DNA of 64,000 nucleotides from an uncultured bacterium (GTDB lineage Bacteria; Krumholzibacteriota; Krumholzibacteriia; JACNKJ01): NCBI GenBank assembly GCA_963695095.1, contig CAVOFT010000001.1, positions 640,001 to 704,000 of the forward strand, read 5' to 3'. Shown piece by piece: positions 58,272 to 64,000 of this stretch (position 1 is its first letter; each line of letters starts with the position of its first letter). The notes under the pieces were generated by a model. It saw only the letters and a program-made list of their open reading frames with translations, ran no database searches and was not told where the DNA came from. The position numbers and the translations under genes were made by a program.

Positions 58272-59507
58272 ATGTCCGCAATGCTCCTGATGATCCTGGG
58301 CGGCATCATCGCGCTGGGCTTCCTCGGCAACCTGTTCTCCGAGCGCACGCGGATGCCGGACCTGCTGCTGCTCATCGGCATCGGCCTCCTGATCGGCCCC
58401 ATTCTCGAGATCGTGCCGCCCGACAGCGTGCGCCCCTTCATGCCCGCCTTCGGCGCCATCGCGCTCACCATCATCCTCTTCGAGGGCGGTCTGGATCTGG
58501 ACCTGCGCCACACCATCCGCCAGGCCGGCCGCGCCATCCTGCTGGCCGTGCTCTCCTTCGGCATCGCCATGCTGCTGGGCTACTACGCCCTCTCGCTGGG
58601 CATGCAGAGGCACGACCGCATCGTCTGGGCCTTCGCGGCGGCCCTGGCCTGCACCAGCGCGCCCATCGTGATCCCCGTGCTGGCCCGCGTGCTGCCCGGC
58701 TCGCCGATGCGGCCCCTGCTGGCCGTGGAGTCGGCGCTCTCGGACGCCCTGGCCGTGATCGTCGTGCTGCTGCTCCAGCACTTCGAGGGCGTGCCCATCA
58801 GCGGCGTGGCCTTCGCCGGCAAGCTCGGCTGGTCCTTCCTGATCGGCGCGGTGACCGCGGTGATCGTGGGCCTGGGCTGGCTATGGCTCCTCAGCCGCTT
58901 CCACGAGCGGAAGTTCTTCTACCTGATGACCATCGGCGTCGTCTTCCTGATGATGGGCGGCGTCGAGCACTTCCACGGCAGCGGCGCCCTCGCCGTGCTG
59001 GTCTTCGGCATCCTGCTCGCCAACGGGCCCACCCTGGTCAGTCTCGTCAGCCGCGAGGAGGGCGAGCGCCTGCGCGACGCCGCCGGCGGCGGCGGCCGGG
59101 AGCTGCACGATCGCATCACGGAGTCCCACGCCGAGCTGTCCCTGGTCACCCGCACCTTCTTCTTCGTCTACCTGGGCATGATCTTCCGCTGGCCGGGCGA
59201 GGATCCGCGCATCTGGCTCAGCATCCTGCTCGTCATGGTGGGCCTGCTCGTCGGCCGCGAGATCGCCGTGCAGCTCGTCGGCTGGTCCACCCGCGTGGCC
59301 GCGCCCGGCCGCCGCGTCCTCAGCGTGATGCTCCCGCGCGGCCTCGCCACCGCCGTGCTGAGCGCCCTGCTCGTGGCGGGCCGCGACGGCGAGGCTCACT
59401 GGGAGACCATCGCCACCTTCGTGGTCGTGCTTACGAACATCTGGATGAGCATCCGGCTCCTCAAGCTGCGCGGAAGCGCGCCGGCGGTGGAGGAGGAAGC
59501 GCCATGA
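58272..59507 (+). CDS. Cation:proton antiporter (CPA1/NhaP-like)
   Basis: IILFEGGLDL, ESALSD, FFFVYLG and PRGLATAVL. Confidence 0.88.
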   Translation: MSAMLLMILGGIIALGFLGNLFSERTRMPDLLLLIGIGLLIGPILEIVPPDSVRPFMPAFGAIALTIILFEGGLDLDLRHTIRQAGRAILLAVLSFGIAMLLGYYALSLGMQRHDRIVWAFAAALACTSAPIVIPVLARVLPGSPMRPLLAVESALSDALAVIVVLLLQHFEGVPISGVAFAGKLGWSFLIGAVTAVIVGLGWLWLLSRFHERKFFYLMTIGVVFLMMGGVEHFHGSGALAVLVFGILLANGPTLVSLVSREEGERLRDAAGGGGRELHDRITESHAELSLVTRTFFFVYLGMIFRWPGEDPRIWLSILLVMVGLLVGREIAVQLVGWSTRVAAPGRRVLSVMLPRGLATAVLSALLVAGRDGEAHWETIATFVVVLTNIWMSIRLLKLRGSAPAVEEEAP

Positions 59508-60808
59508 AGCGAGTCTCGCCGACCACCGCCCCGCTCCTGCTGGCTCTCCTGTTGATCGCCGGTCCCGGCCGGGCGCTGGCTCCGGCGCCTGCCGACGAGC
59601 CGGCCGCCGAGCCCGTCGCCGCTGCGGAGACGACTGCGCCGGCCGACACCGCGCTCGTCGGCCCGCCCGCCCCGCAGCGCGCCCCGGTGCTGCTGGACGG
59701 GGTGCCCGTCTACTGGAGCGCGGCTCCCGACAGCGCCGCGGCCGTCGTGGCGGCGGACAGCATCCTCGTCGGCCTGCTCGACTGCCGCGCCCGCCTGCGC
59801 GACCTGGAGCGGCTGACCCTGGAGGAGCAGGATGCGGGCGCCGTCCTGCGCCTGGACAGCCTCACCCTGCTCGTCCTGCGGCCGGAGAATCGCGTGGACG
59901 AAGCGCGCTCGCCCCTGGCCAACGCCCTGGCTCTCCGCCGTCAACTCGTGCAGCCCCTGCTCGCCACCGGCGGCCGTGCCGAAGAGGAGCTGGCGCTGCG
60001 CCTCTTCCTCGGCATCGTCTTTCCGCTGCTCCTGCTCGTCGTGCTGCGCAGCACGCGCTACGGGCTGCGGCGCTGGGAGCTGCGCTGGCGAGGCCCCCTG
60101 CGCAAGGGCCTGGAGAGCCTCGCCGAGCAGCGCCGCTTCGACCTCTCGCCGGGGCGGATCCAGAACATCATCCGCGGGCTCACGGGCCTGGAGCGCCTGC
60201 TGACTTACGGCGTGATCGCCGCCCTCGTGTCCTTCCTCTGGTTCGCGATCTTCCCCGAGACGCGACCGCTGGCGATCACCCTGCTCAATCGGGGGCTGGG
60301 TCCGATTGTCGACCTGCTGGGCGCGACGGCGCGGGGATTCCTCGCGCTCGTCTACAGCCTGTTCATCCTGGCTCTAGCCTTCCTCACCAATCGCTGGCTG
60401 GGCGGCCACTGGCGGCGAGGTCCCACCGGCCCCCTCGGCGATCCCGCCGTGAACATCCCCCTGCGCACGGGCATCCTCTTGCTGGCGATCTTCCTGATCC
60501 TCTTTCCCTTCGCCGGCGCGCCCCGCCTGCTCGCGCTCGTCTTCCTGTTGCTGGTCGTCCTGGTCGCGCTCATCGCCCTGCGGCCCGTCTACGAGGAGAT
60601 CGCCTGCGGCATCTACCTCAACGCCACGCATACCCTGCGGGCCGGGGATCGCATCCTGCTCGAGGATGAACCGGAGGCGCTGGACATCGTCCGCCTGGGC
60701 CTGGCGCAGATCCTGGTGGCCGACGCCGACAGCGAGCGCTGGATACCCTACTCACGGCTGCTGAAGGCCAAGCTGGCCATCCAGCGGGGCGGGGGGCGGC
60801 GGCTGTGA
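59504..60808 (+). CDS. Membrane protein with a degenerate MscS-like C-terminal region
   Basis: Signal-like N-terminus, soluble domain, about five membrane segments, then EIACGIYL..LRAGDRI..IPYSRL; overlaps both neighbours. Confidence 0.6.
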   Translation: MKRVSPTTAPLLLALLLIAGPGRALAPAPADEPAAEPVAAAETTAPADTALVGPPAPQRAPVLLDGVPVYWSAAPDSAAAVVAADSILVGLLDCRARLRDLERLTLEEQDAGAVLRLDSLTLLVLRPENRVDEARSPLANALALRRQLVQPLLATGGRAEEELALRLFLGIVFPLLLLVVLRSTRYGLRRWELRWRGPLRKGLESLAEQRRFDLSPGRIQNIIRGLTGLERLLTYGVIAALVSFLWFAIFPETRPLAITLLNRGLGPIVDLLGATARGFLALVYSLFILALAFLTNRWLGGHWRRGPTGPLGDPAVNIPLRTGILLLAIFLILFPFAGAPRLLALVFLLLVVLVALIALRPVYEEIACGIYLNATHTLRAGDRILLEDEPEALDIVRLGLAQILVADADSERWIPYSRLLKAKLAIQRGGGRRL

Positions 60809-62490
60809 GCATGGCCGAGCAGGAGCGATTGCGCCGCCTCGATCGCGCCACTGCCCTGCTCGCCGCCTGCGCCATGGCCATGCTGCTGCTGCGCTACGGC
60901 TTTCCTGCGCTGGTGCTGCCGGGCTGGCTGGTTCAGGCCTGGAGCGCGCTGCTTCCCATCGGCCTGTTCACGGGATCCTTCGCCCGGCTGCTGGCGGTGC
61001 AGGATCCCCTCGGCTACATCCGGCGGAACCCGGTGCGCTACGCGGTGCTGCTGATGATCCTGCTCGAGCTCTCCGGTGTCGCCGGCTGGAGCGCGGGCGG
61101 CGGCTTGCGGCCGGCCAGCGCCTCGCTCCTCGCCGGCGAGGCCTACCTGGCCATTGCCCTGCTCGCCTTCGCGGGAAGCTGGGGCAGGGGGCTCCTGGCC
61201 GCCAATCGCTGGCTGGCGGACCGGCACATCCCCGTGCTGGCCCTGGCGCCGCTCGGCTTCGGAGTCGCCATCCTCGTCGGCGGCTTCCTGCTCTCCCTGC
61301 CGGGCATGCAGCGCCAGCCCATTCCCTGGCTCGATAGCCTGTTCACCGCGACCTCGGCGATCTGCGTCACCGGCCTCACGGTCTACGACATCTCCAGCGC
61401 GCTCAGCCCCGTGGGCCAGTTGCTGCTCGCCCTGCTCATCCAGCTCGGCGGCCTGGGGATCGTCACCCTGCTCGGGCTGCTCGCGCTCTGGAACGGCGGC
61501 GTGCTCACCGCCGGCGATCGCGTGGCCCTGAGCGCCCTGGCCGGGGGCCTCGAGCTCAAGACCACGCGCCGACTGCTGGGCACCCTGGCCCGGGTCTTCA
61601 TACTCGTCGAACTGCTGGGGGCCGCCCTGCTCTGGCTGCTCTGGCGCGGCGAGCATGCGCACGCGCTGCCCCTGGCCCTCTTTCACGCCATCAGCGCCTT
61701 CTGCAACGCGGGCTTCAGCCTCTTTGCGGATAGCTTCGCGGGCTTCGCGCAGGACACCGGCACGCTCGCGGTGATGATGGCGCTCATCGTCGCAGGCGGC
61801 ATCGGCGCCACGGTGATCGCCAACCTCGCCGGCTGGGCAGGCAGCCGCCTCCTGCCCTGGGCGCCGGACCAGCCCCTGCGCCGGGCCAGCCGTCTGGCCC
61901 TGGGCGTCTCGCTCGGCCTCATCCTGGCCGGCGGCCTGGCCTTCTGGCTCGATGCGCGATTGGCCGGCCGCAGCGCGTCCGTGCTCGCTGCGCTCTTCCA
62001 GTCCGTCACCACGCGCACGGCGGGCTTTCAGGTGGAGTCCCAGCTTCGCTTCGGCCTGCTGGGCTTCGGCTTCACGCTCGCGCTCATGGCCATCGGCGCC
62101 TCGGCCCAGTCCACGGGTGGCGGCATCAAGACCAACGTGCTCGCCCGCCTCTTCGGCCGCGTGGACGCCCGCGAGCCTGGCCGCAGCCACCTTGCCGGGC
62201 GGCCCTTCCGCATCGCACTGCTGCTCGTCGGCGGCTATCTGGCGATCGGCGCCGCGAGCGGGCTGCTCCTGATCGCCCTCGAGGGCGCGGGCGGGCGCGA
62301 TGCCTTCTTCGAGACCTTCTCGGCCTTGGGCACGGTGGGCCTCAGCCGTGATCTCACGTCCAAGCTCGGCGCCGGCGGCAAGTGGCTGCTGATCGCGCTG
62401 ATGTTCACCGGGCGCGTGCTCTACCCGACCTGGGTGCTGTACACGATCAGGGGCCGCAAGCCGGCCGAGGATGCTGTGGACTGGGTCTGA
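60805..62490 (+). CDS. TrkH/KtrB-family K+ uptake membrane subunit
   Basis: Four pore loops SAICVTGL, SAFCNAGF, TTRTAGF and SALGTVGL; STGGGIK; MFTGR. Confidence 0.9.
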   Translation: MSMAEQERLRRLDRATALLAACAMAMLLLRYGFPALVLPGWLVQAWSALLPIGLFTGSFARLLAVQDPLGYIRRNPVRYAVLLMILLELSGVAGWSAGGGLRPASASLLAGEAYLAIALLAFAGSWGRGLLAANRWLADRHIPVLALAPLGFGVAILVGGFLLSLPGMQRQPIPWLDSLFTATSAICVTGLTVYDISSALSPVGQLLLALLIQLGGLGIVTLLGLLALWNGGVLTAGDRVALSALAGGLELKTTRRLLGTLARVFILVELLGAALLWLLWRGEHAHALPLALFHAISAFCNAGFSLFADSFAGFAQDTGTLAVMMALIVAGGIGATVIANLAGWAGSRLLPWAPDQPLRRASRLALGVSLGLILAGGLAFWLDARLAGRSASVLAALFQSVTTRTAGFQVESQLRFGLLGFGFTLALMAIGASAQSTGGGIKTNVLARLFGRVDAREPGRSHLAGRPFRIALLLVGGYLAIGAASGLLLIALEGAGGRDAFFETFSALGTVGLSRDLTSKLGAGGKWLLIALMFTGRVLYPTWVLYTIRGRKPAEDAVDWV

Positions 62491-62503
62491 GCCGCGGCGC
62501 TAC

Positions 62504-63112
62504 TCAGTACAGAGCCTTGATGGCGCCCAGGCTCGTCTTCGCGCCTGCCACAGGGATGAACTCGCGCGTGCCGTTGGGTTGCCAGGCCCAGTCGAGGGTG
62601 AGCGATGCGGCGTCCAGCGCGGTAACCGCGAACTTGACGGCCGTGGTCTCGGGGGCCGCGCCGGCCTGCACCTGAAGCAGAGCGTAGGCGTGCCCCAGCG
62701 CCGCCGTGGCGAAGCTGACGAGCGGCAGGGGCGCGCCCTCCTCGTCGAGCATGTCGGCCACTTCGCCCAGCGGGCGCTGGCCGAGATCGGCGATGAGCGG
62801 CTGATCGAGCAGGTAGAGGGGATCCTCCGGCGCCCGCAGCCAGTGGGCGGGCTCGCCGGGGGCCAACTCCACGAAGAGCAGATCGGCCGCGCCGGCCCTC
62901 ACGAGTCCCAGGTAGTCGCGCAGGCTGTCGACGCTGCCCGTGGCGAAGTCGATGCCCTGGATGCGTCCGCCGCCCGTGATGCTGTCCTGCGTGGCAAGCC
63001 GCAGCGTGGCCGTGCCCGAGGGCAGGCCCCAGGGATCGAGGTAGTCCGCGCGCGGGGCACCGGTCGCCGCAAGGGCGAGCAGCGCGCACGCGGCGAGGGC
63101 GACCCGGCGCAT
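62504..63112 (-). CDS. Secreted protein ending in TSLGAIKALY
   Basis: Signal peptide MRRVALAACALLALAATGAPRA; TGATG overlap with the upstream gene. Confidence 0.78.
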   Translation of the reverse strand: MRRVALAACALLALAATGAPRADYLDPWGLPSGTATLRLATQDSITGGGRIQGIDFATGSVDSLRDYLGLVRAGAADLLFVELAPGEPAHWLRAPEDPLYLLDQPLIADLGQRPLGEVADMLDEEGAPLPLVSFATAALGHAYALLQVQAGAAPETTAVKFAVTALDAASLTLDWAWQPNGTREFIPVAGAKTSLGAIKALY

Positions 63113-64000
63113 CAGAAGCCCTCCACGGGGAGCAGGGGATCGCTCTCGCAGTTGTCGAAGGCGCCGATCCCGCCGCAGGCGCCGCCGAGGGCGGGGCTCG
63201 CCGCCTCCACGCGCCAGTCGCCGGCATCGGGATCGCAGAACAGCGGATCGGCGGCGAGGTCGCTCGCGCCCGGCGCGAGGCCGCCGTAGTCGCCCGCCCC
63301 GTTGTCCCAGAGCAGGTTGCAGTCGAGCTGGGGCGCGCTGCCGGACTGCACGAAGAAGCCCCAGCTCCCGCCGGCGAGGAGCGAGCGCTCGACGGCGAAG
63401 GCCCCCGCGCCGCTGAAGAAGGCGCCCGCCACGGCGGACTCCACCAGGGTGGCAGCGGCCACCCGTCCGCGCGCGCCCTGGCGCAGCCAGAGGCCGTACC
63501 AACCCGATTGGGCAACCAGGATGCCCTCTGCTTCGAGGCTTCCTCCCGCCATCGACACGCCATGCGCGCAGCGCTGCACGACGCAGCGCTCGAGGATGAG
63601 GCTGTCCCCCGCGGCGCCCTCGACGAAGATGCCCGGCCCGCCGCAGTCGGCAATGCGCGTGTCGGCGAGGCGAAGGCTCGAGCCATCCAGCGCGATGCCG
63701 GCCTCGCTGGCGCCGGTGATGACCAGGCCCAAGAGTCGCGTGGCGCCGCTGCGTCCGGCGAGATAGATGCCCGTCTTGTTGTCGCCCTGGGCGGCGTCGA
63801 TCGTCACCGGGCCGCGGCCGGGGAAGGGCGCGAGAAGGAGGTCGGCCGCGTCCAGGCGCAGCGCGGCGCTGCCGCCGCCGGGCAGCTCCTGATGGGCCAG
63901 CGCATAGCTGGACCGCCAGAGCAGCAGGCTGTCCACGCCGGCGCCCGCGCAGTAGTCCACGGCGGCCTGCAGCTCGGTGTAGAGCGCGCCCGCGTGCACG
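63112..64000 (-). CDS. Right-handed beta-helix protein (5' end outside window)
   Basis: Parallel beta-helix-like repeats; DLAADPLFCD..SPA..IGA. Confidence 0.72.
   Translation of the reverse strand, partial: VHAGALYTELQAAVDYCAGAGVDSLLLWRSSYALAHQELPGGGSAALRLDAADLLLAPFPGRGPVTIDAAQGDNKTGIYLAGRSGATRLLGLVITGASEAGIALDGSSLRLADTRIADCGGPGIFVEGAAGDSLILERCVVQRCAHGVSMAGGSLEAEGILVAQSGWYGLWLRQGARGRVAAATLVESAVAGAFFSGAGAFAVERSLLAGGSWGFFVQSGSAPQLDCNLLWDNGAGDYGGLAPGASDLAADPLFCDPDAGDWRVEAASPALGGACGGIGAFDNCESDPLLPVEGF

Noticed and set aside
56798..59503. Apparent 1336 aa protein (56798-60808); similar extensions in 47562-50633 and 24793-27285
   Set aside because: The N-terminal parts overlap real genes in other frames or strands. 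True starts are at 59504, 48741 and 25711, each with an RBS or stop/start overlap.

Overview
A 64 kb chromosomal window from a very GC-rich bacterium. Five secreted proteins with FlgD-Ig/T9SS-like C-terminal domains, a DUF6588-like barrel and a TrkH with an N-terminal membrane extension suggest an FCB-related lineage such as Ca. Krumholzibacteriota, Latescibacterota or Eisenbacteria (inference). Housekeeping genes: nnr, tsaD, priA, rho-rpmE-DUF1385-prfA-prmC and murA-selB. Also present: an MntR/TroR-regulated metal ABC operon, a c-di-GMP signalling module, an ion-transport operon, one IS256-family element and many secreted accessory proteins. Several patches (about 4.5-7.6, 12.6-18.1, 20.5-22.0 and 54.5-57.1 kb) carry dense single-base indels that look like assembly errors; genes there were reconstructed across frames. 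No rRNA, tRNA or CRISPR array was seen. Main leads: (1) a short C-terminal motif (..S[WIL][GS]x[VI]K[AS]LY*) shared by three unrelated secreted proteins and sitting at the same junction where a homologue carries the FlgD-type domain, a candidate protein-sorting signal; (2) a promoter/terminator-bounded sRNA candidate of about 93 nt with two anti-Shine-Dalgarno motifs; (3) two covarying hairpins on opposite strands in a 360 bp intergenic region; (4) a secreted six-heme cytochrome; (5) an LDH-like enzyme with Arg at position 102; (6) an HTH plus nucleotidyltransferase pair with tandem operators; (7) a ubiquitin-like protein paired with a beta-propeller. All family assignments are from motif recognition by eye; no searches were run.
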